DNA of 52,384 nt, from positions 1 to 52,384 of the IMG/VR virus record IMGVR_UViG_3300044998_000632; one strand, 5' to 3'. A program made the translations under genes and the position numbers. The stretch comes from a virus. Taxonomy: Duplodnaviria; Caudoviricetes. Shown in pieces: positions 18,541-28,938 of the stretch; the first letter of the stretch is position 1; each line of letters begins with the position of its first letter. Below the pieces are notes generated by a model, which worked only from the letters and a program-made list of their open reading frames with translations, was not told where the DNA came from and searched no databases.

Positions 18541-19010
18541 CGGCGTCGGTGTACACCACCATTGCAGGGTTGCTGGAAGGTCATCCGGCTGCGGCATCGT
18601 TCTGTCGTGACCTGCTCGACGTGCTCGACGTGTGGGACGATCTCGTGGATCGCGACAAGCCTGTCTGCGACGAACAGATCAACCACGCGTTTCAGACGGC
18701 GATCTTCCGCTTTGCGGCCAACCCCTTTTACCAGCAGCATCAGTTGTCGCTACTGCCAATCATGAACGCGGCCGCGATCAACTGGGAAGTGGCCACCACG
18801 TTGGAGCGTGGCGGGCAGGTCAGCGACCTGAACATCGCCTTCATCCTGCGATCCAGCTACGTGGACGTGCTCGTGGCGTGCGTAGGGCTGACTTGCGGCC
18901 CGCAAGCTGCGCTAGCGGCCGCGCTGCTGCTGCGCAGCGCAGCGCACTCGGAAGGGCTGGCACAGTACGTGGAGAATTTGCAGGCCGAGCGCCGCGAACG
19001 AGGAGACTGA
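18537..19010 (+). CDS. All-alpha protein with DDxxD motif (isoprenoid-synthase-like fold?)
   Basis: LDVWDDLVDRD and NPFY motifs. The function is inferred only. Confidence 0.5.
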   Translation: MTASVYTTIAGLLEGHPAAASFCRDLLDVLDVWDDLVDRDKPVCDEQINHAFQTAIFRFAANPFYQQHQLSLLPIMNAAAINWEVATTLERGGQVSDLNIAFILRSSYVDVLVACVGLTCGPQAALAAALLLRSAAHSEGLAQYVENLQAERRERGD

Positions 19011-19011
19011 C

Positions 19012-19914
19012 ATGTGCATGCGCGGCGGTGGCGGTGGCGGCGGTGCCCAGACGGTGATGAACACCAACGTCCCGGCGGAAGTGATGCCTATCTATCGCTC
19101 TGCGATAGAGCGCGCGAATGCCGTGTCGAATCGGGAGTACACCCCGTACGCGGGCCAGCGGATCGCGGAGTTCAGCCCACTGCAGCAACAAGCGCAGGCG
19201 CGGGCGAGCGGGCTGGACGTCCCCCGTCAAATCGGCACGGCTTCCAATATGGTGACGCAGGCGGGGCAGGCCGGTGTAGGGACGCAGCGGTTCATCGACC
19301 CCGGGGTCGCCGGCGCGTACATGAACCCCTACACTGAGCAGGTTGTCAGCCGCAACCTGCGTGAGGCAGAACGCGGGTTCAACATCGGCGAGATGAACCG
19401 GACTGCCGACACCATCAAGCGGGGCGGGCTCGGCGGCTATCGCGATCAGCTCCTGCGTTCCGAGGCGCGCCGCAACCAAGACATGCGGCTGGACGACATC
19501 GCCAATACCGGCTACGCGGCGGCGTTCGACAACGCGGGCCGGATGTTCACCAGCGATGCGGGGCGGCAATTGCAGGCCGACATGGGCACCATGCAAGGCC
19601 GCATCCAGGCAGGGCAGACGCTGGGCGGGCTGGGGCGCATGGAACTCGACGCGCAGCGCGGCGTCATCGACATGCAAAATCAGATCGGCAGCCAGCAGCA
19701 ACAGCAGGTGCAGCGCGGGCTGACGCAGAGTTACCAGGACTTTTTGGACCAGCGCAACTGGGACTGGGGACAGTTGGCCAACCTGCGTAACATCATCAGC
19801 GGGGTCAACACCGGGAGCACGTCGACCACGACGTCACAGGCCGGCAACCCGATGGCGCAGGCAATTGGCACCGGCCTATCCGCGCTTGCAGCGTACAACT
19901 TGGGTCAGGGGTAA
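19012..19914 (+). CDS. Internal virion/ejection protein (Gln/Gly-rich)
   Basis: MCMRGGGGGG start, YTPY-GQRIAEFSPLQQQA and YMNPY motifs. Confidence 0.65.
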   Translation: MCMRGGGGGGGAQTVMNTNVPAEVMPIYRSAIERANAVSNREYTPYAGQRIAEFSPLQQQAQARASGLDVPRQIGTASNMVTQAGQAGVGTQRFIDPGVAGAYMNPYTEQVVSRNLREAERGFNIGEMNRTADTIKRGGLGGYRDQLLRSEARRNQDMRLDDIANTGYAAAFDNAGRMFTSDAGRQLQADMGTMQGRIQAGQTLGGLGRMELDAQRGVIDMQNQIGSQQQQQVQRGLTQSYQDFLDQRNWDWGQLANLRNIISGVNTGSTSTTTSQAGNPMAQAIGTGLSALAAYNLGQG

Positions 19915-19917
19915 GAC

Positions 19918-21309
19918 ATGCTCGACCCATCGATCCCCCGACTGCAATCCCAGCTTCAAAAGCTGCCCGACGCGCAGCTCGCCCGCCTGTTGTCGGGTGG
20001 GGATACGCCCGTGCCGCCGTTCCTTGTCTTGGCCGAGATGGAGCGGCGCAAGTCGATGCGCAACCGAGCGCAGGCACAGACCCCGCCAGGGACGATGGTG
20101 AGTGAACTCACCGATGGCGGCGGGATCGCCAAGTTCGCCGAGGGCGGGACGGTGGAATCTCCTGGGCTCAACCGAGTCGGGCGGTATCTCGTCTCCCCCC
20201 TGTGGGGATTCATGCAAGACCTGCAGGACACCGCCTCGCGCAACCTGGAAGACTACACGCTTCGACGTAGGAAGGAGTTGGGGCATTTCGATCCGCCGCG
20301 TCCGGCTCACATGACGCCGCAGCAGATCGAGCGTGCGGTCAAGCCCGCGCCTGCGCCCGCCATTCTCGTGGATGCCGCACCAAGCGGCAGCATGGGAGGC
20401 GGTATCGGGGGCGAAATGCCGAGCTACACCCCGCAGTACATCGAGGTTCCGGAAGTCCGTGACATTGAGTATTACCGTGGGCAACTCGGACCGACGCCAC
20501 AGATGCAAGCGGTGACCCCGGAACAGCGCGACGCCATCCGCAAGAAGCTGCAGAGCGAATACGGTTACGACTGGTCGAAGGAGCGTCAGGCGCAGGACGA
20601 ACGCCGCCAAGGGCTCGCCAAGATGAAGCGCGACGGCGCCAACCAAGCGCTACTGCGGCTAGGTCTGGGGATGATGGCCACACGCGAGCGCAACGGGCTG
20701 GCTGCCATCGGGCAGGCCGGGCTGCCGGCGCTCGATGCGTACGCTCAGGCGCAGCAGGCGGCACGTGCCGAGGCTGCGGCCATTCAGCGCGGCGACTTGG
20801 AAATCGCTCGCGCCGCCAATGCCGAGAAGCTGAACTTCCTGGCCATGGCAGATCGGCAAGCTGCGAGCGAGAACGATGTCGCGTTCCGTAACGCAGCGGC
20901 GCAGGGCCAGCACACGCGCAGCGCGATCGACCTGCGGCGCGGGGACATCGAGCGCAATGAGGCGGCGCTGCGGTACAACCTGGGCGAATCCAACGCTGCC
21001 CGCCGGTTCAATTTTGCGGCGACTCGGGCCGGGCGTGCGCCGGCCATCGAGATGGCACCGTCGCCGTGGGCATCCGAGGCGTTCAAGCAGGCTTCCGCGG
21101 CGCTTGAAGCACGCTACGCGGAGCTTGCGGCTCGGGCGAAGAAGGGTCCGCAACTGACGCGGGAAGAGTTCGCCGAGATGAACCGGTTGGCGGACCCCAT
21201 GGTGCGCGTGCGCTTGGCGGGGGAAGCGGCGCAGCGCGTGGCGCCGATGTACATGAAGCGTGGTGGAATCAGCGCCATCCCGGCGGAAACCCCCGTCGCC
21301 GAAGAGTGA
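19918..21309 (+). CDS. Internal virion/ejection protein
   Basis: Helical Ala/Gln/Arg-rich protein upstream of the giant virion protein. Confidence 0.6.
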   Translation: MLDPSIPRLQSQLQKLPDAQLARLLSGGDTPVPPFLVLAEMERRKSMRNRAQAQTPPGTMVSELTDGGGIAKFAEGGTVESPGLNRVGRYLVSPLWGFMQDLQDTASRNLEDYTLRRRKELGHFDPPRPAHMTPQQIERAVKPAPAPAILVDAAPSGSMGGGIGGEMPSYTPQYIEVPEVRDIEYYRGQLGPTPQMQAVTPEQRDAIRKKLQSEYGYDWSKERQAQDERRQGLAKMKRDGANQALLRLGLGMMATRERNGLAAIGQAGLPALDAYAQAQQAARAEAAAIQRGDLEIARAANAEKLNFLAMADRQAASENDVAFRNAAAQGQHTRSAIDLRRGDIERNEAALRYNLGESNAARRFNFAATRAGRAPAIEMAPSPWASEAFKQASAALEARYAELAARAKKGPQLTREEFAEMNRLADPMVRVRLAGEAAQRVAPMYMKRGGISAIPAETPVAEE

Positions 21310-21310
21310 C

Positions 21311-24300
21311 ATGGCCGGCATCACCGATTACAACGCCAACTTTGTCCGGCCGTACGACCCGGGGCTCGTTCGACGCCGCGCGCAGGCATTGCAGCAGCCG
21401 ACTCCGTACGACGACCTGTTCATCAAGTATGGTCGGATGTATGGGATCGACCCGATCGAGCTGAAGCTGCGCGCTCTGGTCGAGTCGGGGTTCAATCCGA
21501 CCGCCCGCAGCCCCGCGGGCGCAGTGGGGCTGATGCAGTTCATGCCGTCAACGGCTCGTGAGCTTGGCATCAACCCCATGAACCCGGAGGAAGCAGTCAA
21601 GGGCGCGGCGCAGTTGATGGCCGAGGCACTGAAGTCGACTGGCTCGATGCGCGGCGTCGACATGACGTACTACGGCGGGCCGAATCCGAAGCAATGGGGG
21701 CCCAACACCCGGCAGTACGCAGCCAACCTTGATGCAGTCCGCCGTGCGGCGGGCGTAGGAGGCGGCGAAGTTCTGGATGACGACGACCCGCGGCTGATGC
21801 AGCCAACGGGCGGCGCCCGCCCACTGCGGTTCATGCACCCGGAAACGGGAGAGACGTTTGCGTTCCCTGCGGGCACGACCGGGGAGCAGGCACGCGCGCT
21901 GATGGACGCGAAGTACGCCCAGCGCGAGCAACAGGCGCAAGCGCGAGCAGCGGAAGAAGCCAAGGCGTACCGGCAGTACCTGCGGGACAACAACAACGCC
22001 ATCGCGTCCGGTGTACGCCGCGGCATCGGGCAACTCCCTATTCTGGGCGCACAGGCGCTCGCGGCGGGGGCCGGGACACTGGGTGCGACCGGAGTACGCG
22101 ACTCACTGCTGGATGCGGCCGCGCAACGCCAAGACCAGCTTAACCAGGACGCGCCGCAGTTGTACGACTCCTTCATGGAGTCTCCCCTGGGCTACCTCGG
22201 CGAGCGCCTTGGCGAGCAGGTTCCCAACATGGCCGCGGTCGTGGCTGGCGGCGGCATCGGCGGACTCACTGGGCGGGCGCTCGTCGCCCGTTCAGCAGCG
22301 GGTGCAGCGAGGCAAGCCGCAGCACGCGCCGCAACGACTCGACGGGGCGCCATTGCCGGCGCAACCGTGCCGTCCTACGGGCTACAGGCGGGAGAGAACT
22401 ACGGCTCGTACGTCGATGAGTACGGCGTCGACAAGGCCAGCCCCGGAGCCGCCCTGCTGGGTGCAATCCCGCAGACGGCGCTCGATGTGTGGGCGCTCGG
22501 TCGGCTGGGACGCATGCTGACCCCGCAAGAAATCAGCTCGCTGAATCCCATGCAACTTCGCCGGCTTTCACGCGAAGGTATGGCCATGCAAGCGGCGCGC
22601 GGCGCTGCGCGCGGCCTTGGGCGTGGGGTGGTCATCGAAGCCCCCACGGAAGCTGGGCAGGAATCGCTCAAGTACGCCTTCGGCGACATGTCCCAAGGGC
22701 AGGCGCCAACTGCGTTCCTGTCTGATCCGGAGAAGCGCGCGCAGGTCGGTGAGGCGGGTTTCGTGGGCGGGCTCACTGGCGGCACCATTGGCGGCATCGG
22801 GGGCGGCATTGGCGGTGCGCGTCGCCCCGCCCTTGCCGCGGAGCGGTTCCAGGCGATGCGCGAGGGCCGCAGGAACGAAGTGGAAGCCCGGGTGCGCGAT
22901 GCCAAGGAGATGGGTCCGCCAGCGCCGTGGGGCGCCAGCACGCCGCTGCCAGGCCCCCCGGAGCGAGTCGGTCCTCCGGCCCCATGGGAGGCTGCGTTCC
23001 CGCCTGCGGGCATGCCAGCGCCGCAGCCGCTGCAGCTCGGCTATGACCCGATGGCCGACTTCCGTCAGCGCGCTGCGGATATGACTGCGGCCGCCAACGA
23101 GCCGCGCAACATCGTTGAGAGCGTCCGCACTCCGGGGCAGGGCATGGCAGGTCCGCGGTTCCCGCAGCTTGGCATGGACCCCGAGGCGATCGATCGCGAG
23201 CGTAGCGCTCGTGAGCGCGCGGTGCAAAACCAGATCGCCCTGGAGACGGCGAAGCAGAACGTTTTAGCGCGTCAGCGTCAGAGCCAGGAACAACTCGCAG
23301 CGCTGCAGCGGCTCGAAGGGGAGCGGCAGGATGCTCGTCGCCAGATCGACGACCTGACACCACGCCAACTGGACCTGGTGGCTGATATGGGTCGAGGCGG
23401 GGCGCGGCCGTTGGCGCGGCCGTTCGAAGACCCGTACGTCCCGCTGAACGAGCGCGATCCGATCCTGATGCGGTCGACGGACGAGGAGACAGCATCGCTG
23501 CCTGGAATGGAGCCCGCGCTGCTGGACGATGGTGTCCCCGGTACGCGCGACGAGACCATGGCGCTGCTGCGGCAGGCGGGCATCGTGGCTGACGGTGACG
23601 TCCGCCCGGCAACGGTGCGCAACCGTTCCTTCGGTCTGCCTGGACCGACCACCATGCCGGGGCCGACCGGCATGAGCCCGTATGACCGTGCGGCTCGTGC
23701 GCTCGGCGAGCGGATGGCCAGCAACGCTGGTCCGGAGGGCTACAGCCTCGCGAGCCCTGAGGGGCTCGCCGGCGTCTACAACGAGCTGGTGAATCTGCGC
23801 GCCATACTTGCCCGCCAGCAGCGCACCATGGGTCGTACCCCGCGCCGGGAGCGGCAAGCCCAAGCCCTCGATGCGCTGATCAATTCGGTGCGCCCAACAG
23901 AAGCCCCGTCCGGTCCGCGCACCGCCCGGCCAGATGCGGACACTCCGATCCGCCGCCCCACGCGCGAAGAGCGGGAGACGTCTCGCGCGCAGGCCCGCGA
24001 GACACCGCGGGTCGCAGGGATTCCCGCCGCTGCGCAGGATGTCGCGCAGGTCGCGGACAAGGTGCGGAGGGACGTTGCCGAGGGCCGCGTGCTGGGCGAC
24101 CCGGTCAAGGACGAGAAGACGGGCGAGATGCGCCCGCGTACGCTGCGCGACCTGTTGACTGGGCGCAAGTACACAGAAGCCAAGACTCTGGCCAAGGAGC
24201 AGGAGCGCCTGCGAGCCACGCCGGAAGAACTCGCTGCTGGGCAGAAGCTCTGGGACAGCGTCGTTCCGGCGGGCAATCTGAAGTGGAGTGATCTTCCCGA

Positions 24301-27300
24301 GCCCCCGGTGATCGAGATGGACACCGGCAAGGAACTCACGGGCGGCAAAGGCAAAGCGAAAACGGAAGTCGACCAAGCGATCGTCGACGACGTGCGCAAC
24401 ATGTTTGCGCTGTGGAATGCGACTAACCCCCGTGCGACGCCGGAGCAGGTTCGGCAGTGGGTGACGGATGCAATCAACGACGTGCGCCAGCCCACGCTAG
24501 CCAAGCGCGACATCGGACCCAAGGCTCAACGAAAGCGCAAGGACTCGGAAGAGGACATGTTCGAGTCCCTCGCCGACTCCGAAGAGTCGCTGATCAAGGA
24601 CATCGAGCAGCAACTCAAGAAGCCTGGGCTGCGTCCCAAGCAGCGAGCTGAGCTGGAAGTGGCGCTGGAAGACGCCCGGGAAGCGTTGCGCAAGCTCCGC
24701 GAAGACGAGAAGGCATCGAATGCGCGCGAGGCGACGCGGGAGCCCGCAACACTTGCTGCGCCCCTGAACTGGAACTCGGCGGTCGACCTGCTGACGCAGA
24801 ACGGCGCCGCTCTGTTCGATGACCGGCCGTCGTCCACACCGCCGCTGAGATCGCGCCGCAAGGCGACCAAGGCAAAGAATTCGCTCGAAGAGCGGCGTCG
24901 CGCGGCGCAGGAAAAGATCCTCGCGATGTTCCGGGAAGCCGCGGAATCAGTTGATGCCGAGCCCACGGATACGGTCGACGACATCGAAGCCAAGACCCGT
25001 CGCGCAGCACTCTTACTGCCGAAGGGCGCTGGCACGCCGATGCGGCGGTCGGACCATGCGGACACTGCGACGCGGCTACGTCGGCTGGCTCAGGCGCGCT
25101 TGCCGGATGCCAACATCGTGGTGGTCGCAGACCGCGCGGAGCTGACCGATCCAGAAGCGCTGGCGGCGTTCGATGCCGGCGAGCTTGGACTCGCTGCATC
25201 GAATGGTTCGGCGTACGTGTTCGTCCCCAACCACCGCACCATCGAGGATGCGGAGGTAACGCTATTCCATGAACCGGGCCACCTGTTCATGCGGGCGGTG
25301 CCGGTATCAGCGCTGGCGCGCATGATGGAGCCGTTCCGAGCAAACCAACAGGTACAGAAGCTCAAGGACGCATGGCTGGCCAACACGGCCAACCGCGAGC
25401 GCATGGCGCAGCGGCCTGGCTACGACTGGGATACGCACGCCACGGAAGAAGCCATCGTCGAGTTCGGGCAGACCGCGTTCGGCAAGCCCACCATCACGGC
25501 ACTTGCTGCGCGGGTGATCAACTGGGTGCGCCGGCTTGGCGGCAACCGCTTGGCTGACTTCCTGGCGGGCCGCAACGACAAATTGCAGGTGGTCGAGTTC
25601 TTGATCGAGATGCGTCGGCGCTACGCCGAGGCTGGTGCGCCGAAAGGACCGCCGGGGCCGTCGCGGTTCCGTACGCCTACCGAGGGCAATCTCACCTCGA
25701 CCAGCGCGTCAGACCTGGAGGCAGACCGCCGGCTGAACGCCGCAGTCGACAGGGCTATCGGAAGTCGCGGAGAGCTGTTCCGCGCTGCATGGGGAAACGC
25801 GACCGGCCGAGCCGGTCGCGCCGCTTTGATGTCGCTACTTGACCTGCGCTCCCTCGGCCGGCTATTGGATGACGTGGCGTCGCAGGCAGGGATCGACCGC
25901 TTCCAGGGCGTTGGCATGCGCATCTACAACCTGCTCAACCAGCAGGATGCCGTGGACCAGGGCGTGCGCGCCACGTTCATGCGCGACGCCATCAACCCGC
26001 TCGTGGAGCTTCGCAACGCCAACCAGCCGATGTTCGAGCGCGTGCAGTCGATGCTGTACAAAGCGTCGTTCATGCGGTTCGATCCGCGCACCAAGGTCCA
26101 GGAAGAGGGCAAGGGCAGCCCCGAAATCCGGGCGCAGCGCCTTGAGCTGCAGCGGCAGTACAACGCACTGAATCCACAGGCTCGACGCGCGTTCGACCAA
26201 GTATTCGATTCCACCCGCCGGTCCTTCGAGGAAATGACCAGCCAGATGCGGGCACATGCCGAGCGGATGCTGGCGGCTGCGAAACAGACAGCCGCCAACG
26301 CAACGCCGGACGAGCGCGCTGCAGCGCAGGCCGATGTGCTGCGGCGTGTCAATGGACTGGAGAAGCTGAATCGGGCCATCGAGGAGCTGGGCAACGTCAT
26401 GCCCTACGTCCCGTTCCGTCGTGCGGGCGACTTCCTGATCTCATACATCCACCCGAGTACCAAGGTTCCCGGCGTGCGGGCGTTTGAGACCGCGGCGCAA
26501 CGGGATCGGGCATTCGATGCCATGCGCCGCCTCGGCGTCAAGCAGGCGGAGAAGTTCAACCGCTACGAGGAGCCGAGCAAGTTCTTCGATTCCTTGGACG
26601 CTACCACGAAGTCAGTGATCCGCGCACTGCGTGAAGCCCGCGGCGTGGATCCCGATGCGCCGGCCACTCCGTCTGACCCGTCGGAAACTGGTCGCGCGCA
26701 GCGCGGCGACCCCACGCCCGAGGAGGTTCGTGAGGCTGTCTTCGCGCAGATCGAGGACAACATCATTGACGTCCTGCGTTCGATGTCGCCGGCGGGGCGC
26801 ATGTTCGATGCGGCGATGAAACGCGAGAACTACCCTGGCTTCGACGAGAACATCCTCGAAGCCCTCAGTGCATACGCCACCTCGGCGGGCCGCAACATGT
26901 CCAATCTGCTGACGGGTGCGGAGATCGGCGAAGCGTTTGCTGACGCAAACCGGATGCGCGCCGCGTCTGTCACCCGGCCGGGCATGGAGGTCAACGACCC
27001 TAGCACAAAGACGTATCTCACCGACGATCAGCTCGACAGCGTTCACGCCGTTGTCGGCGAGTTGAACAAGCGGCGAGAATTTCTGATGGCGCCGTTCTAC
27101 TCGCCGGTGGCCAATACGCTGACCAAGGGCGGCTTCTACTTCTTCATGGGGCTGAACCCGTCATCTGCGCTACTGCAGGCGTTCCAGATGGTCATGGTGC
27201 AGGCCCCGGTTCTGGCAGGACGCTACGGGGTTCCACGGGCGTTTCGGTCCATGTGGAGCGCGGCCACCCGGGTCTACGGCACTGAGGCACCGCTGCGGTC

Positions 27301-28747
27301 GTTCCTGGATAGCGGCGAGGGTTATCGGTTGGCCCGGTACGACGCCACGATGCTCAACCCGGACGGATCGGCTAAGGAGGGCGCGGACACGTACACCCGC
27401 GACTATGCGCGCTTGCGCACGAGCAGCCGCCGAACGGATCAGTACCGGGCGATGATGGTCGACATGCTGCGCCGAGGCATCATGAACGACCAAGCGACGC
27501 AGGAGCTGAACGACATGCGAGAGGGTAAGGACCCGACTCGCGTGGCTGCCAAAGTTGAGCACTACATGTCGCTGATGATGAAGCACATGGAGCAGACCAA
27601 CCGCATGGCGTCGACTATCGCCGCGTTCGATCTGGCTGCGCGCCGGGGTCGTTCGTGGGAAGACGTGATGAACGAGGTAGAGCAGGCGGTGTACGAGGGA
27701 CACGGCAACTACAGCGCCCTCAACTCCCCGCGGCCGTGGCACAGCAACACCGGCAAGGTGCTGTTGCTCTTCCGCAAGTTCGCGTTCCACATGTTCACTA
27801 CGATGGGCATGATGGTGCGCGACTACATCCGCGCGCAGCGGGGATCCCAGGAACGCCGCGAAGCGGCGACCAAGCTGGGCATGATGCTGCTCACGACCGG
27901 TGCGCTGACGGGCGCTGCGGGGCTGCCGCTATACGGCGTAGCACAGACGCTCTTCCAGATGTTCCAGTCTGCATTCGGAGACGAGGAAGAGACTCGCAAC
28001 CTGACGATCGCGCTGCATAAGTGGGCCGAGGAGAAGGGCGCGAATCGGGAGCTGGTGAACGTGGCCATGGGCGGCATCCCGAGCTTGCTGGGCTTGAATC
28101 TGACCAGCCGGCTGGGCTATGCGGACGTGTTCTTTCGCGACCCGGACGAGAACCTGGATCAGAAGAAGGCTCTGGAGTGGGCCGTGCAGACCATCGGCGG
28201 TCCAATGTACGGCGCAGGCGCACAGATTGCTCGCGGCATCAGCAACGTGGCCAACGGCAACATCATGCTCGGCGCCAGCGAGATGGTCGGCGCAATGCCG
28301 CGCAACCTGGCCAAAGGGCTTGACATGTACATGAGCGGCGAGGTGACGACGCGCCGCGGCGACGTGATCGCAGAGGTGGGCGCGGGGGATGCACTGCTCC
28401 AGGCATTCGGCTTCGTCCCCGGCGACGTACAGCGACAGCAGCAGATCATCTTTGCCGCCAAGGCGGCGGACGTGCGGCTGAACTCGATCCGTGCCGAGGC
28501 ACTGAATCTGTACCGCAACGCCTACGCCATCGGCGATGCGGACATGATGGAGCGGGCGAAGACGGAAATCGAGCGGGTCAACGCGATCGCCGCGCGAAAT
28601 AATCTGCCCAAGTACCGCATTACGCAGGATACTCTGACTCGGTCGGTGCGGGCTCGATTCGAGAACGACGAGAACTTCGTCAGCGGCGTTCGGTTCGCCC
28701 CTGCCACAGCCCCGGCAACCGCCAGCATTCGGGCACTGATCCAGTGA
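21311..28747 (+). CDS. Giant internal virion polyvalent protein: SLT lytic transglycosylase + zincin-like metallopeptidase + PLxRFG-like region
   Basis: VESGFNPTARSPAGAVGLMQFMP (SLT), TLFHEPGH...TEEAIVE (HExxH) and YVPFRRAGDF. Confidence 0.8.
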   Translation: MAGITDYNANFVRPYDPGLVRRRAQALQQPTPYDDLFIKYGRMYGIDPIELKLRALVESGFNPTARSPAGAVGLMQFMPSTARELGINPMNPEEAVKGAAQLMAEALKSTGSMRGVDMTYYGGPNPKQWGPNTRQYAANLDAVRRAAGVGGGEVLDDDDPRLMQPTGGARPLRFMHPETGETFAFPAGTTGEQARALMDAKYAQREQQAQARAAEEAKAYRQYLRDNNNAIASGVRRGIGQLPILGAQALAAGAGTLGATGVRDSLLDAAAQRQDQLNQDAPQLYDSFMESPLGYLGERLGEQVPNMAAVVAGGGIGGLTGRALVARSAAGAARQAAARAATTRRGAIAGATVPSYGLQAGENYGSYVDEYGVDKASPGAALLGAIPQTALDVWALGRLGRMLTPQEISSLNPMQLRRLSREGMAMQAARGAARGLGRGVVIEAPTEAGQESLKYAFGDMSQGQAPTAFLSDPEKRAQVGEAGFVGGLTGGTIGGIGGGIGGARRPALAAERFQAMREGRRNEVEARVRDAKEMGPPAPWGASTPLPGPPERVGPPAPWEAAFPPAGMPAPQPLQLGYDPMADFRQRAADMTAAANEPRNIVESVRTPGQGMAGPRFPQLGMDPEAIDRERSARERAVQNQIALETAKQNVLARQRQSQEQLAALQRLEGERQDARRQIDDLTPRQLDLVADMGRGGARPLARPFEDPYVPLNERDPILMRSTDEETASLPGMEPALLDDGVPGTRDETMALLRQAGIVADGDVRPATVRNRSFGLPGPTTMPGPTGMSPYDRAARALGERMASNAGPEGYSLASPEGLAGVYNELVNLRAILARQQRTMGRTPRRERQAQALDALINSVRPTEAPSGPRTARPDADTPIRRPTREERETSRAQARETPRVAGIPAAAQDVAQVADKVRRDVAEGRVLGDPVKDEKTGEMRPRTLRDLLTGRKYTEAKTLAKEQERLRATPEELAAGQKLWDSVVPAGNLKWSDLPEPPVIEMDTGKELTGGKGKAKTEVDQAIVDDVRNMFALWNATNPRATPEQVRQWVTDAINDVRQPTLAKRDIGPKAQRKRKDSEEDMFESLADSEESLIKDIEQQLKKPGLRPKQRAELEVALEDAREALRKLREDEKASNAREATREPATLAAPLNWNSAVDLLTQNGAALFDDRPSSTPPLRSRRKATKAKNSLEERRRAAQEKILAMFREAAESVDAEPTDTVDDIEAKTRRAALLLPKGAGTPMRRSDHADTATRLRRLAQARLPDANIVVVADRAELTDPEALAAFDAGELGLAASNGSAYVFVPNHRTIEDAEVTLFHEPGHLFMRAVPVSALARMMEPFRANQQVQKLKDAWLANTANRERMAQRPGYDWDTHATEEAIVEFGQTAFGKPTITALAARVINWVRRLGGNRLADFLAGRNDKLQVVEFLIEMRRRYAEAGAPKGPPGPSRFRTPTEGNLTSTSASDLEADRRLNAAVDRAIGSRGELFRAAWGNATGRAGRAALMSLLDLRSLGRLLDDVASQAGIDRFQGVGMRIYNLLNQQDAVDQGVRATFMRDAINPLVELRNANQPMFERVQSMLYKASFMRFDPRTKVQEEGKGSPEIRAQRLELQRQYNALNPQARRAFDQVFDSTRRSFEEMTSQMRAHAERMLAAAKQTAANATPDERAAAQADVLRRVNGLEKLNRAIEELGNVMPYVPFRRAGDFLISYIHPSTKVPGVRAFETAAQRDRAFDAMRRLGVKQAEKFNRYEEPSKFFDSLDATTKSVIRALREARGVDPDAPATPSDPSETGRAQRGDPTPEEVREAVFAQIEDNIIDVLRSMSPAGRMFDAAMKRENYPGFDENILEALSAYATSAGRNMSNLLTGAEIGEAFADANRMRAASVTRPGMEVNDPSTKTYLTDDQLDSVHAVVGELNKRREFLMAPFYSPVANTLTKGGFYFFMGLNPSSALLQAFQMVMVQAPVLAGRYGVPRAFRSMWSAATRVYGTEAPLRSFLDSGEGYRLARYDATMLNPDGSAKEGADTYTRDYARLRTSSRRTDQYRAMMVDMLRRGIMNDQATQELNDMREGKDPTRVAAKVEHYMSLMMKHMEQTNRMASTIAAFDLAARRGRSWEDVMNEVEQAVYEGHGNYSALNSPRPWHSNTGKVLLLFRKFAFHMFTTMGMMVRDYIRAQRGSQERREAATKLGMMLLTTGALTGAAGLPLYGVAQTLFQMFQSAFGDEEETRNLTIALHKWAEEKGANRELVNVAMGGIPSLLGLNLTSRLGYADVFFRDPDENLDQKKALEWAVQTIGGPMYGAGAQIARGISNVANGNIMLGASEMVGAMPRNLAKGLDMYMSGEVTTRRGDVIAEVGAGDALLQAFGFVPGDVQRQQQIIFAAKAADVRLNSIRAEALNLYRNAYAIGDADMMERAKTEIERVNAIAARNNLPKYRITQDTLTRSVRARFENDENFVSGVRFAPATAPATASIRALIQ

Positions 28748-28749
28748 CG

Positions 28750-28938
28750 CTACTGCGGGTTGGATTCTTCATCCCACAGGAAAAACGCTGGCGGGTGATG
28801 GACATTGTCGTGTAGCACGATACCCTTGAATCGGAGGCACGCATGACCACAGACAACGCAGTAGTACGGCGGAGATTCCTCGGGCTCGTCTTCAAGGGGG
28901 AACGAGTCCGGGAGGAGCCCTGTAAGGTCCCAGATCAC
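28750..28938 (-). CDS. Small Cys/His protein
   Basis: CVVCGH..HDNVHH, with GTGA overlap on the primase stop. Confidence 0.5.
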   Translation of the reverse strand: MIWDLTGLLPDSFPLEDEPEESPPYYCVVCGHACLRFKGIVLHDNVHHPPAFFLWDEESNPQ

